The notes below the pieces were generated by a model. The model searched no databases and was not told where the DNA came from. It saw nothing but the letters and a program-made list of their open reading frames with translations. This document shows, in pieces, positions 1 to 10,021 of a DNA stretch of 64,000 nt. The number at the start of each line of letters is the position of its first letter. The first letter of the stretch is position 1. Location: NCBI GenBank assembly GCA_965215885.1, contig CBDCEW010000085.1:1-64000 (forward strand), in the 5' to 3' direction. The translations under genes were made by a program, and so were the position numbers. The stretch is from Candidatus Moanibacter sp. GTDB lineage: Bacteria > Verrucomicrobiota > Verrucomicrobiia > Opitutales > UBA2987.

Positions 1-558
1 AAGATTCCCGCTCTCGATGTTCTTCTTGAGCTCCTCGTGGCGCAGAGCGGTCCTTTGTCGCTGCCGCTTTAAAGCATTCTGGGCTTCGATTTTACGAATT
101 TCACGGACGGCATGGGTATGTTGCCTTCTTGCTTTATCAGCGAGCTCGCTGTTGGGGAACGCTTCGAGGAAAGCTTTCAAACCTTTAGCTGCCTCTTCCC
201 ACTTTTTCTCCTGAAGGAGACGACCCAAACTGGCGTATTCCGTCCTGTCGGCGTTTTTAAGATCGCTGTAAAGGGCCTGAAGTTTCTGCAAGTGCTCTTC
301 TTTGACCTTAAGTTCGGCTTGATGGTCGGCTTTAATAGCCGAATCGGTCGCCTGTTTCAGCCGAAGCTTCTCTTCAAGTTCATCGATTTCTCCCTGGTAT
401 TTGCTCTCTTTTTCTCTTGCGCCGGCAAGTTCCCTTCGCTGTTTGGCATACTCGACCTGCAGCGACTCCAGTTCACTATTGAGCCGGTCGATCTCCGGCT
501 GATAGCAACCGGCCAAGAGGATTACGACAGACAAAAGACTCAATTGGGAACGCCCCAT
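1..558 (-). CDS. Lipoprotein with coiled-coil and TPR-like (BamD/CpoB-like) segment, 3' end runs off window
   Basis: Manual translation from ATG at 558: MGRSQLSLLSVVILLAG|C lipobox, heptad-rich middle, 'LKAFLEAFPNSELADKA' TPR-like motif; open to position 1 (not in ORF track because it has no stop). Confidence 0.7.
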   Translation of the reverse strand, partial: MGRSQLSLLSVVILLAGCYQPEIDRLNSELESLQVEYAKQRRELAGAREKESKYQGEIDELEEKLRLKQATDSAIKADHQAELKVKEEHLQKLQALYSDLKNADRTEYASLGRLLQEKKWEEAAKGLKAFLEAFPNSELADKARRQHTHAVREIRKIEAQNALKRQRQRTALRHEELKKNIESGNL

Positions 559-781
559 TACGATCAATCGTTTAGGTATTGCCAACTTGTTATTCGGAAT
601 TGCTTACCGCCAATTACCGTTATTGTGGATGAGTGCGGGCTCGTGCAAAACCGCCTAAAGAAGATAAACGAAAGTAGGGAGTGGGCAACTCAAAAGAGGC
701 CAAAAAAAGACTTATCCCGAATAATCTTCAAATCCAGTAGAAAGCTCCTGAAGGAAAAAAGGTGACTCAAACTGGCCAATA

Positions 782-1210
782 ATGTATTCGCAATCCCAAA
801 GGTCAGCGCCCAATCTAGGAGCCAATGTGAGAGAGAAACCGCAGCTCTTGACGTGGATGATGTGCGACGGTGTGCACATAGATCCCTCTTCGGGGAAGCA
901 CTACCTGCTGGGAACATTCTCGAACATTCGCGTACAGCAGTTTCCGGCAGTTCACGCGCGGATGGTCTGGTTTCTAACGCTGTCTGACGTTCCGGTGGGG
1001 AGCCACAAGTTAAAGATAATGATGGGCATTCCGACTGAAGGCGAAACCATAATCGTTGACCGCACCTTCGAATCGAAGAACCCTACACACAGGATTAATC
1101 TTATAAACGATATTCAAAACCTCACCTTCGAAAAAGCGGGCGATTACAGCATCGTAATTGAGATTGACGACGAGACACTGTTGGTTACATCTTTGGCTGT
1201 TTCGAATTAA
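782..1210 (+). CDS. DUF6941-like hypothetical protein
   Basis: 'CDGVHIDPSSGKHYLLGTF...FPA...FEKAGDYSIVI' pattern. Confidence 0.65.
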   Translation: MYSQSQRSAPNLGANVREKPQLLTWMMCDGVHIDPSSGKHYLLGTFSNIRVQQFPAVHARMVWFLTLSDVPVGSHKLKIMMGIPTEGETIIVDRTFESKNPTHRINLINDIQNLTFEKAGDYSIVIEIDDETLLVTSLAVSN

Positions 1211-1468
1211 CCCACGCGGGACCGAGTTAGAAACGATGTTAGCCGGGGGAGAGCACCTATCCAAACTGAATTTCGCGCCAGGTTTAGATGCAAAGCGAGG
1301 CACGAAAGGGACCGATTCGTCTCTGCGGGAACTCGGTTCCTGGAAGGTAACTTCGCTTCGCCCACGCGAGTAAAAATCAGGGCCGACGGAGGGAAGACCG
1401 CTCTTGCCCCTTCTATGCGCGCCGATTCATGAAGGAAGAAGAGGCACAATCACGTACTGCTTAAAGAG

Positions 1469-2410
1469 ATGGAAAACGACAGAATTTCGGTATCATCCGT
1501 AAATTCCAGTGCCACCCTGGTCGTCGGTTCGGTCGCATTTGACAGGATCAAAACACCGACAAGCAGCTGCGAGCGCTCGCTGGGAGGGTCCGCGTCCTAT
1601 GCCAGTCTGGCAGCCAGCTACTTTAGCCCTGTGCGTCTGGTAGGCGTAGTGGGATATGATTTCGACTCGAACCACATCGAACGTTTGAAAAGACGTCAGA
1701 TCGATATCGAGGGTTTGCAGAAGGATTCTACGGGACCGACATTTTTCTGGGCCGGGAAGTATCACGACCACTTCAGGCAGCGCGACACTATCGAGACACA
1801 CTTGAACGTCTTCGAGAATTTCAGGCCGGATCTTCCTGATGGTTATCGGAATTCATCCTACATTGTGTTGGGAAACATTGGCCCGGACCTCCAACTTCAC
1901 GTGTTGGAGCAATTAGATGGAGAGTTCTTTGTCCTCGCGGACAGTATGGACCTTTGGATAAACACCAAGCACGATGAGCTCTTGACCCTGATCAAGAAGA
2001 TCGACTGCCTCTCCATTAATGACAGTGAAGCGATTCTCCTGACGGGCGAAGACAATCTCATCCTGGCAGGAGAGAGACTGATCGAACTCGGAACGAGGAT
2101 GGCTATAGTCAAGAAAGGAGAGCACGGCGCACTGCTTTTTCATCCCGATGGTCTATTCTCTATACCGGCCTATCCTGTAACTGGTCTGCAGGATCCTACA
2201 GGGGCAGGCGATGCGTTTGCGGGCGCCTTTGTCGCATACCTGGCAGCCGTGAATGAGACCGATTTCAGTGCGCTCAAACAGGCTATGATTTACGCCACTG
2301 CCACTGCCAGTCTTACGATCGAAGCATTCAGTTGTGACCGCCTTGAATCCGCGGGGGCTGGTGCAATTGAAGAGCGTTACAAAAAACTGCTGGAAATCAT
2401 ATCGCCTTGA
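1469..2410 (+). CDS. PfkB family carbohydrate kinase
   Basis: VGSVAFD, GGSASY and DPTGAGDAFAG PfkB signatures. Confidence 0.9.
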   Translation: MENDRISVSSVNSSATLVVGSVAFDRIKTPTSSCERSLGGSASYASLAASYFSPVRLVGVVGYDFDSNHIERLKRRQIDIEGLQKDSTGPTFFWAGKYHDHFRQRDTIETHLNVFENFRPDLPDGYRNSSYIVLGNIGPDLQLHVLEQLDGEFFVLADSMDLWINTKHDELLTLIKKIDCLSINDSEAILLTGEDNLILAGERLIELGTRMAIVKKGEHGALLFHPDGLFSIPAYPVTGLQDPTGAGDAFAGAFVAYLAAVNETDFSALKQAMIYATATASLTIEAFSCDRLESAGAGAIEERYKKLLEIISP

Positions 2411-2437
2411 TCTCAGAGGAAGGAGTATCTTGATAGA

Positions 2438-3751
2438 ATGGAAATTCTCGAAGAATCAATCAGCCAATCCACTCAGAGTGGTGAAGCCACCGATCTGCTC
2501 GTCAGATCGATGTGCGCCAAGGCCCGAAAGGCAGCCCTCGCGCTCACTGCAATAAGTACGGACAAGAAGAATGCCGTTCTACAGACTCTTGCAGTACTAC
2601 TTTCGGGGAATACCGAGTTGCTTTCGGCCGAAAACTCAAGGGATATAGCCGCCGGTGAGGCAGTTGGCCTTTCCCAGCCTCTCCTCGAACGGCTAAAGCT
2701 CACACCGGAAAGAATAGTCGCCATGGCCGAAGGTGCGCGGCAAGTGGCGGACCTTCCCGATCCCGTAGGAGAAGAAATTGAGAGAACGATTCGACCCAAT
2801 GGACTGGACATCCGCAAAATAAGAGTGCCGATAGGAGTAATCGGAATAATATACGAATCGCGTCCCAACGTAACGGTAGATTGCGCTATCCTCTGCTTCA
2901 AGAGCGGGAACTCCTGCATACTTCGCGGAGGGAAGGAAGCCTTTCATACCAACTGCGCGTTAGCCTCGCTTATCCAGCAGGCTCTGCGCGAAAATGGAGT
3001 CGAAGAATCGTCCGTGCAATTCATCTCGACGAGAGATCGCCAGGCCCTCCACGCCCTCTTGAAATGTGAAGAGACGGTCGACTGCATTATTCCCAGGGGC
3101 GGCGAAGGGTTAATTCGATTTGTGGCCGAAAACTCCCGCATACCGGTTATCAAGCATTATAAAGGTGTCTGCTGTGTATACATAGACAAAGAAGCGGATC
3201 CCGATCTGGCGGAAAGTATAACAGTGAACGCAAAGGTACAACGCCCGAGTGTCTGCAATGCGGCCGAGAATCTCTTTATTCATCAGGATGCGGCGCCAAA
3301 ACTCCTGCCTCGACTGGCGCGCGCCCTGGTGGACAGAGGCGTTGAGCTGCGCGTCGATCAAGGCGCCGAAGGCATTCTCTCCAGGGAAGAGGGAATCCCC
3401 ATGGTATCCGCACGGGAAGAGGATTTTTATGAAGAGTACCTCGACCTTGTCCTCTCGATCAAAATCGTATCATCCCTGGAAGAGGGTATCGCGGACGTCA
3501 ACAAATACGGCAGCAGCCACAGCGATGCCATTGTAACGGGCGACAAGGAGGCGGCCGAACAATTCCTCACTTGCGTCGATTCGGCCACCGTATACTGGAA
3601 CGCGAGCACCCGTTTTACAGATGGCTTTGAATTTGGTCTGGGTGCTGAGATTGGTATCTCGACAGACAAGATTCATGCCCGAGGTCCGATGGGGTTACGT
3701 GAACTTACCACATATAAGTTTCTAATATATGGCGAAGGCCAAACAAAGTAG
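2438..3751 (+). CDS. proA: Glutamate-5-semialdehyde dehydrogenase
   Basis: [54 protein letters not shown]. Confidence 0.97.
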   Translation: MEILEESISQSTQSGEATDLLVRSMCAKARKAALALTAISTDKKNAVLQTLAVLLSGNTELLSAENSRDIAAGEAVGLSQPLLERLKLTPERIVAMAEGARQVADLPDPVGEEIERTIRPNGLDIRKIRVPIGVIGIIYESRPNVTVDCAILCFKSGNSCILRGGKEAFHTNCALASLIQQALRENGVEESSVQFISTRDRQALHALLKCEETVDCIIPRGGEGLIRFVAENSRIPVIKHYKGVCCVYIDKEADPDLAESITVNAKVQRPSVCNAAENLFIHQDAAPKLLPRLARALVDRGVELRVDQGAEGILSREEGIPMVSAREEDFYEEYLDLVLSIKIVSSLEEGIADVNKYGSSHSDAIVTGDKEAAEQFLTCVDSATVYWNASTRFTDGFEFGLGAEIGISTDKIHARGPMGLRELTTYKFLIYGEGQTK

Positions 3752-3870
3752 GTGTGAATAATGAAAATAATCAGTCTCATAGCGTGGTCGCTTACTGCCA
3801 TAATGACATTAGGCTACACAAGCACTTGCAAGCTTTCGGTCCTTCATCCAATTTAGCCGGGACTGTCTTT

Positions 3871-4812
3871 ATGCGCACGGAACTGCAAAAGAGCGGCAAA
3901 TTCCGCAATCATCTCTTTAGGCTTCTTCGATGGGAGGACCTCGACATTGAGTACATTCGGCAGCTCATTCTCCTCGCCAAGGAGGAGGATCTGGAAGGAT
4001 CCGGCCTGGATGCCATACCTGCTTCGCCCGGAGACGTGACGACGAATATTCTCGGTTCAGAAGAGGTGAGTAAGGCGAAACTTACTGCTCGTATGCCGCT
4101 CGTGACCTGTGGTCTTCCGCTTATGCCACTCGTTCTCGATGCTTACGGCGAAGGTTGCTCTTTTCGCGCCCATGTCGAAGAGGGTGTACCTGTGGAAAAG
4201 GGCGAAGTGATGGGCGAGGTCGAGGGACCGGCATCCGTTCTTCTTAAATCCGAGCGAGTGATGCTTAACTTTCTGCAACACCTCTCCGGTATCGCCACCC
4301 AAACGACTCGCTACGTCGAGTTGCTCGACTGGAGTAACACGAAGCTGCTCGATACTCGTAAGACCACACCCGGATTGAGAGTGCTGGAAAAGTATGCTGT
4401 GGCACAGGGAGGCGCCTGGAACCACCGTATGGGTCTTTTCGATCGCGTCCTAATCAAAGACAATCACCTCGCCGGCAGGCGATCGGACAGCGGGGAAGCG
4501 CTTTCCGAGGCAGTGCGGATGGCACGTTTACGCAATTCGGAATTGGCTATCGAAGTGGAGGTCGACCGGCTCGACCAGATACCACCCGCTCTGGATGCTG
4601 AAGCCGATGTTATCTTACTGGACAATTTCTCTGTTTCCGACCTGGCCGAAGCTGTCGCATTGATTGGGGATCGTGCCTACACGGAAGCGAGTGGAGGGAT
4701 CACCCACGATACTCTCCCCCAACTCTCCTCTATCGGGTTGGATTTCATATCTTGCGGCGCCCTCATTCACCAAAGTGTTTGGATGGATATCGGTCTCGAT
4801 TGGGATGAGTAA
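3871..4812 (+). CDS. nadC: Nicotinate-nucleotide diphosphorylase (carboxylating)
   Basis: ERVMLNFLQHLSGIAT, DTRKTTPGLR, NHRMGLFD..LIKDNH, EASGGIT; ATG 3871 chosen as the likely start. Confidence 0.95.
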   Translation: MRTELQKSGKFRNHLFRLLRWEDLDIEYIRQLILLAKEEDLEGSGLDAIPASPGDVTTNILGSEEVSKAKLTARMPLVTCGLPLMPLVLDAYGEGCSFRAHVEEGVPVEKGEVMGEVEGPASVLLKSERVMLNFLQHLSGIATQTTRYVELLDWSNTKLLDTRKTTPGLRVLEKYAVAQGGAWNHRMGLFDRVLIKDNHLAGRRSDSGEALSEAVRMARLRNSELAIEVEVDRLDQIPPALDAEADVILLDNFSVSDLAEAVALIGDRAYTEASGGITHDTLPQLSSIGLDFISCGALIHQSVWMDIGLDWDE

Positions 4813-4834
4813 GGAGAGGCTGGAGAAGTCGGAA

Positions 4835-5836
4835 ATGCCTGATACCGAGACCATTGTCCTCACACATCTTTTGCGATCAAGGCCGGAATTCCTCTCCGGA
4901 AACGTTCTTGCGAAGAGACTTGGCATCTCCCGCGTTGGGATCTGGAACAAGCTTGAAAAGCTCCGCGAACAAAACTTCGCTTTCGAAGCAGTGCGGCATC
5001 GCGGCTACAGGCTCAGCAGGGAACCAGATGAGCTCAATGGAACACTTCTGCGCGCTTATCTCGCTCTCTCCTGCAGCGAGGCGAACATTCTCTACCTACC
5101 TGAAATCGACAGCACGAACTCGGAAGCAGAACGGCAGTTGGCTGCCGGTCGCGAGTCTCCATTCGTTATCCTTTCTTCAAAGCAAACGCGCGGTCGCGGC
5201 AGGATGGGACGAGAGTGGTACAGCCCTGAAGACAAGAACTGTTATATGAGTTTTGTGTTTCGTCCCAGCCTCCCGCCAGACCGCCTGCAAAAGTTCACCC
5301 TCTGGATGGGGCTGGCGATGTGCCATCTGCTCAATGAGAAGCATGATTTGCCAACACGCGTGAAATGGCCGAATGATCTAACGATCGGAAACAAGAAAGT
5401 AGGGGGCATGCTGACAGAGGCAAGGGTCGACGCAGACCAAACGAGAGATTTGATATTCGGTTTGGGGATTAACGTAAACAGCTGCTGTGAACACTGGCCA
5501 GAGGAGATTGCCGTTTCCGCGACTTCATTGAAAATGGCGGCTGGGGAACCAGTGCCCATCAACGCGCTCGCGGCGGAACTAATCTCCGAGGGGATGAAAG
5601 CGTACTATCGGTTCTGCGAGGAAGATTACGAAGAGGATTTCAGCGATCTTTGGAAACGCTATGACGCTCTCAAAGGGGCACGAGTAATCGCGAACCCAAC
5701 AACCGAATCCATATCCGGAATAGCCAATGGAATCGATCTCGAAGGCGCTCTTATTCTACGCACGGAAGATGATTGCGAGATTTCGCTGCGGGCGGGAGAA
5801 GTCACTTTGGACTCGCGAGTGGCGGCGACCGGTTGA
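4835..5836 (+). CDS. birA: Bifunctional biotin-[acetyl-CoA-carboxylase] ligase / repressor
   Basis: N-terminal HTH (LSGNVLAKRLGISRVGIW), DSTNSEA, QTRGRGRMGREW, KWPND, KVGGML; start approximate. Confidence 0.95.
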   Translation: MPDTETIVLTHLLRSRPEFLSGNVLAKRLGISRVGIWNKLEKLREQNFAFEAVRHRGYRLSREPDELNGTLLRAYLALSCSEANILYLPEIDSTNSEAERQLAAGRESPFVILSSKQTRGRGRMGREWYSPEDKNCYMSFVFRPSLPPDRLQKFTLWMGLAMCHLLNEKHDLPTRVKWPNDLTIGNKKVGGMLTEARVDADQTRDLIFGLGINVNSCCEHWPEEIAVSATSLKMAAGEPVPINALAAELISEGMKAYYRFCEEDYEEDFSDLWKRYDALKGARVIANPTTESISGIANGIDLEGALILRTEDDCEISLRAGEVTLDSRVAATG

Positions 5837-5882
5837 ACCGGGGAGACTAGTAGAAATTGCGGAATGACTGTCTGTGTTTCTG

Positions 5883-6659
5883 ATGAACGTCTTCTGCGTA
5901 AACATTAACAATACGAACACGCAATACGGGTTTGTGGCGGATAACCGGCTCGTGGAAAGAGGAGCTTTCCCCACCCCTCAGTTGAACGACCCTCGAAATG
6001 GAATTGCCCCGGTCCTCAAGCGAATCGCATCTCGGGAACCGAGGGCGGACGGTCTGTCATTCGGGTCGGTAGTACCAAAGGCGGCAGAAGCCCTCCAGGA
6101 CATTGTGGAAAGCAGTGGATGGAATCTACCGGTGCACCGTTTAACGTGGGAGAACTGCCCGATCGCACTGAATTTTCCCAATCCCGAAGAAATCGGCCAA
6201 GACAGGTTAGCCAACGCTATCGCCGCGCAATTACTGTACGATACTCCCGTGATAGTAATCGATATGGGTACAGCCGTGACATTCGACATCATTTCATGTA
6301 ACGGCTATGAAGGAGGAATCATCGCCCCGGGCCTTGAGATAATGACACGCTATCTTCACGAACAAACCGCGCTGCTTCCAAAACTCGACCCAAACGACCT
6401 CGCGGTTGACGTGGGAATAGGGAAATCGACCCTGGAAGCGATGAAGTTGGGATGTGCGGTCGGTATGCAGGGGATGATTCGCGCTCTCCTTGAACGGATC
6501 GAAATTTCCCTGGAAGAGATCGAAAGCGGTAAAGCGACTGTGATTGCCACCGGTGGCAGCGCCGGAATCCTGCCTCAAACGTGGCTCTCCGACATCGCTT
6601 TCAACGCTGATATCACGCTAATCGGGCTTACTCAGGCATTCATTCATTCGAGACCATGA
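5883..6659 (+). CDS. coaX: Type III pantothenate kinase
   Basis: EIGQDRLANA, VIDMGTAVTFD, GGIIAPG, IATGG; follows birA as is typical. Confidence 0.9.
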   Translation: MNVFCVNINNTNTQYGFVADNRLVERGAFPTPQLNDPRNGIAPVLKRIASREPRADGLSFGSVVPKAAEALQDIVESSGWNLPVHRLTWENCPIALNFPNPEEIGQDRLANAIAAQLLYDTPVIVIDMGTAVTFDIISCNGYEGGIIAPGLEIMTRYLHEQTALLPKLDPNDLAVDVGIGKSTLEAMKLGCAVGMQGMIRALLERIEISLEEIESGKATVIATGGSAGILPQTWLSDIAFNADITLIGLTQAFIHSRP

Positions 6660-6687
6660 TTCGAACCAATCGCCCTCTTCAATTCTG

Positions 6688-7722
6688 ATGGAAAGCGCAA
6701 GACCGAACGTCGAAGTCACAAACCTGACCAAGGTCTACGGTCGAGTGACCGCGATAAAGGATGTCAGCTTTTCAATAGCAAGAGGAGAAATCGTAGGATT
6801 TCTCGGACCCAACGGTGCCGGCAAGAGCACCACTCTGCGGATACTCTGCGGCTTGATACCAGCCACTTCCGGAACGGCGCGTATCTGCGAGATTCCGGTG
6901 GCGAGCCAACCGGGCGAAATTAGACGACGCATAGGCTACCTGGCAGAAAACAACCCTCTACCTGAGGATATGAGGGTGATCGAATACCTCACGTTTCGCG
7001 GGCGTCTCAAAGAAATACCCCGGCGGCGCCTCAAAGCAAGGGTGGAAGAGGTTATGAACGCATGCGATCTCAACCGGAAAGCCCGTCGCAGTGTGATCGG
7101 CACCCTATCAAAAGGTTACCGGCAGAGGGTAGGCGTGGCCGACGCGATTCTAGCAGAACCTGAAGTGATCATCATGGACGAACCCACCATCGGACTCGAT
7201 CCACATCAGCTCCTCGCCATTCGAAGTCTCATCGATAGTTTTCGCGGCAAAATGACAGTGATAATTTCCAGCCACATACTGGCGGAAGTGGAATTATATT
7301 GCGACCGGGTCATTATCATTAACCGAGGAAGGATAGTTGCGATTGGAGACTCAAAGAGACTCCGGCAAGAATTCGTCAACAAGACAACATACACACTGGG
7401 TGTAAAAGGAGATTTATCAGAACTCTCTTCTTCGATCCGAAAAATTGACTCTGCGATGGTGGTCACCGCGACCAACCAAGAAGAGGAGGAGGGATTCATC
7501 AAAGTCGTTTTGGAAACGCCCGGAAACGAGGACCTGGGCGAGAAGCTCCTGGCAAATCTGCACGATCATCCCGACCTCAGAGTCCGATCACTGGTACGGG
7601 TGGAACCAAGCTTGGAGGATATCTTTCTAGCCGCTACGCGAAAAAGTTGGGAGACAATCCACTCTCCTCGACCAGGGGAAGACGAGGGAGAGCCTTGTGC
7701 CAACTCCTCAAAGTCGGAATGA
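6688..7722 (+). CDS. ABC transporter ATP-binding protein (GldA-like)
   Basis: Walker A GPNGAGKST, LSKGYRQRVG, DEPTIGLDP. Confidence 0.93.
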   Translation: MESARPNVEVTNLTKVYGRVTAIKDVSFSIARGEIVGFLGPNGAGKSTTLRILCGLIPATSGTARICEIPVASQPGEIRRRIGYLAENNPLPEDMRVIEYLTFRGRLKEIPRRRLKARVEEVMNACDLNRKARRSVIGTLSKGYRQRVGVADAILAEPEVIIMDEPTIGLDPHQLLAIRSLIDSFRGKMTVIISSHILAEVELYCDRVIIINRGRIVAIGDSKRLRQEFVNKTTYTLGVKGDLSELSSSIRKIDSAMVVTATNQEEEEGFIKVVLETPGNEDLGEKLLANLHDHPDLRVRSLVRVEPSLEDIFLAATRKSWETIHSPRPGEDEGEPCANSSKSE

Positions 7723-8474
7723 AGCACTTTTTCAACCTTCTAAAACACGAACTCGGAGCGCTCTTTATAGCGCCAGCGACCTACACCGCGGCGGTACTGT
7801 TCCTGACCCTGATGGGCTGGATCTACTGGAGGATTATGCTGCAATTCAATGTTGAGCCACAGGACCAACTCCCTTCAGAAGTCTTCTTCCAACTCTTCTG
7901 GCTTCCTGTGTTTTTCATGGTGCCTCTCTTAACGATGAAGAGTATCGCAGAGGAGCGCCGTCAAGGCACGCTCGAAACTCTCATGAGCACTCCCGCAACC
8001 GCGGCGGAAATTGTCCTGAGCAAATTCGTTGCTTCCTATCTATTTTACTGTCTTCTATGGCTCCTGACGCTGGGATATCCCCTCCTCGTCTCCCTCAAAA
8101 TTGACTCGCCCCTCACGGGTGGGCGACTGATCGATACTGCGACGATGACAGGCGGCTTTTCCTTTATCGCGATAAGCGGACTGTTGTTCGTTGCCGTTGG
8201 AATATTCTCAAGCAGTCTAACGCGCAGCCAACTCGTCGCCGGCATGCTCAGTTTCGGTATACTTTTCATGATCATTATCGGAGTTCGGGGACTGCATGAA
8301 GAAGCGGTCACCTGGCTTCCCTGGATCGAGGAAACAATTGAATATGTGCAGATTTTCGAACATCAGGAAGAATTCAGCCGAGGTATGGTCGATACACGAC
8401 CTTTCTTCTTCTACATCAGCGGCAGCGCACTTTTTCTTGGGATATCCGCCTTAATCGTGGAATCCGAAGCCTAG
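7719..8474 (+). CDS. ABC-2 permease (GldF-like)
   Basis: Multiple TM helices, 'PLLTMKSIAEERRQGTLETL'; ATGA overlap with the upstream stop. Confidence 0.9.
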   Translation: MKHFFNLLKHELGALFIAPATYTAAVLFLTLMGWIYWRIMLQFNVEPQDQLPSEVFFQLFWLPVFFMVPLLTMKSIAEERRQGTLETLMSTPATAAEIVLSKFVASYLFYCLLWLLTLGYPLLVSLKIDSPLTGGRLIDTATMTGGFSFIAISGLLFVAVGIFSSSLTRSQLVAGMLSFGILFMIIIGVRGLHEEAVTWLPWIEETIEYVQIFEHQEEFSRGMVDTRPFFFYISGSALFLGISALIVESEA

Positions 8475-8494
8475 AGGTCTGTCCGGCATAAAAC

Positions 8495-9997
8495 TTGAAG
8501 ATCCGTCAATCCTCAGTGGCCGCACTAGAAGATTTCCATACCGCAAACTGGTTCAAGAGAATTAACCGGATTGTGCAAATCCTGCTCAGCGTCACCTTTG
8601 TCGCAGGACTCAACTACTTTGCCACAAGACACTTCGCCCGCTTTGACCTCACTCACCACCACATTTACTCGCTCTCCCCCGAGACTCTCGCCTACATTTC
8701 GCAGATTGAAGAGCCGGTTAAGATCATAGTTACAATACCTCCGGATTCCGAGGAACCGGATCTCAATCTCCTCTTCAAGTATGTCAGCAATCTCCTAAAG
8801 GAGTACGTCCATGCGGGCAGGAACGGGAACGAAAAGAAAATAGAAGTCCAATTCGTCGACATCTATAAGGAAATCAAGAAAGCGGATGCTATCTCACGAG
8901 CATACGGTATCGAGCAACCCTACGAAATTCTGGTAGTGAGTGGAAACCGTAAGCGCTCACTTCTTCCCACCGACATCCTGGAACTGCGAGATGGCCGACC
9001 CGAGGCTTTCCTGGGGGAGCAAGCATTTACTTCCGCCATAATCGAGGTCTCGGATACCAGGCGAGAGAGCATTTATTTTCTCGTCGGACATGGAGAAATG
9101 CGGATCGATGCGGTAGACCCGAGAAGGGGACTTTCGCAGTTAGTCCAGGAATTGCGCAATCGAAACTTTGACCTCAACCTCCTCGACCTCACTCAAGTAG
9201 AGTCGGTACCGGAGGAAACCGACCTCGTCATCCTCGCCTCTCCGCAGGGCCCTCTTTTCCCGCATGAAGTTGAAAAATTGCGCAATTATCTGTCCGACAG
9301 GGCTGGCCGCCTCATTGCCCTGATCGACCCTTGGCGAAAGCACGGACTTGAGGATCTATTTTTCGAGTGGGGTATTCTGTCCGATGACATGCTGATCGTC
9401 GACGACGGCCCGGATTATCAAGAAGCCAGTGGCGATTTGCTTATTCGTCAACTGGCCGAGCATCCCATCACGGATCTTCTCTTAGAAAACCGGATACCGA
9501 TCGTCGTTGGCCTCAGCCGGCCTGTGAGGCGCGACCTTGGGACTCCCCTCGACGAGAGACTGACAACTGTGCCCCTCATAGGGAGCTCTCCTTCGAGCTG
9601 GGCGGAGACAAATTACAAAGAAGTGCGCGACGTGTCTGACCTTAAGTTCAGTCCCAATGTGGATCTCAAAGGGCCCGTGCCGATCGCGGCTGTCTCAGAG
9701 CGAAAGGTCTCTTCGCCTTTTTTAAGCATCGCGGGTGGAAAACTGATCGTATTTGGAACTTCCGATCTGATCTCCAACCAACGTATCAGTGCATTTGGCA
9801 ATTACATGCTGTTTCTAAATTCGATCAACTGGTGCCTTGATCGAGACACGGTGCTCGCCATACCCCCCCGGCCAATCGAGAAATATCAGATAGTGCTGAG
9901 CCGCAAGGAACTCAATGAGCTCGGCCTGATCCTCTTGAGCCTCCCAGGGGCGGTTGCTCTCTTCGGACTTACGGTCTACTGGTTTCGCAGGCGATGA
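8495..9997 (+). CDS. GldG-family ABC auxiliary component
   Basis: RFDLT...YSLSPET, GEQAFTSAI, IYFLVGHGE, C-terminal TM plus RRR. Confidence 0.88.
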   Translation: MKIRQSSVAALEDFHTANWFKRINRIVQILLSVTFVAGLNYFATRHFARFDLTHHHIYSLSPETLAYISQIEEPVKIIVTIPPDSEEPDLNLLFKYVSNLLKEYVHAGRNGNEKKIEVQFVDIYKEIKKADAISRAYGIEQPYEILVVSGNRKRSLLPTDILELRDGRPEAFLGEQAFTSAIIEVSDTRRESIYFLVGHGEMRIDAVDPRRGLSQLVQELRNRNFDLNLLDLTQVESVPEETDLVILASPQGPLFPHEVEKLRNYLSDRAGRLIALIDPWRKHGLEDLFFEWGILSDDMLIVDDGPDYQEASGDLLIRQLAEHPITDLLLENRIPIVVGLSRPVRRDLGTPLDERLTTVPLIGSSPSSWAETNYKEVRDVSDLKFSPNVDLKGPVPIAAVSERKVSSPFLSIAGGKLIVFGTSDLISNQRISAFGNYMLFLNSINWCLDRDTVLAIPPRPIEKYQIVLSRKELNELGLILLSLPGAVALFGLTVYWFRRR

Positions 9998-10021
9998 AAG
10001 TGCCGACTTCAGATTCAATCA

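Noticed and set aside
112..765. 217-aa plus-strand ORF
   Set aside because: Shadow of the minus-strand lipoprotein gene; no recognisable motifs.
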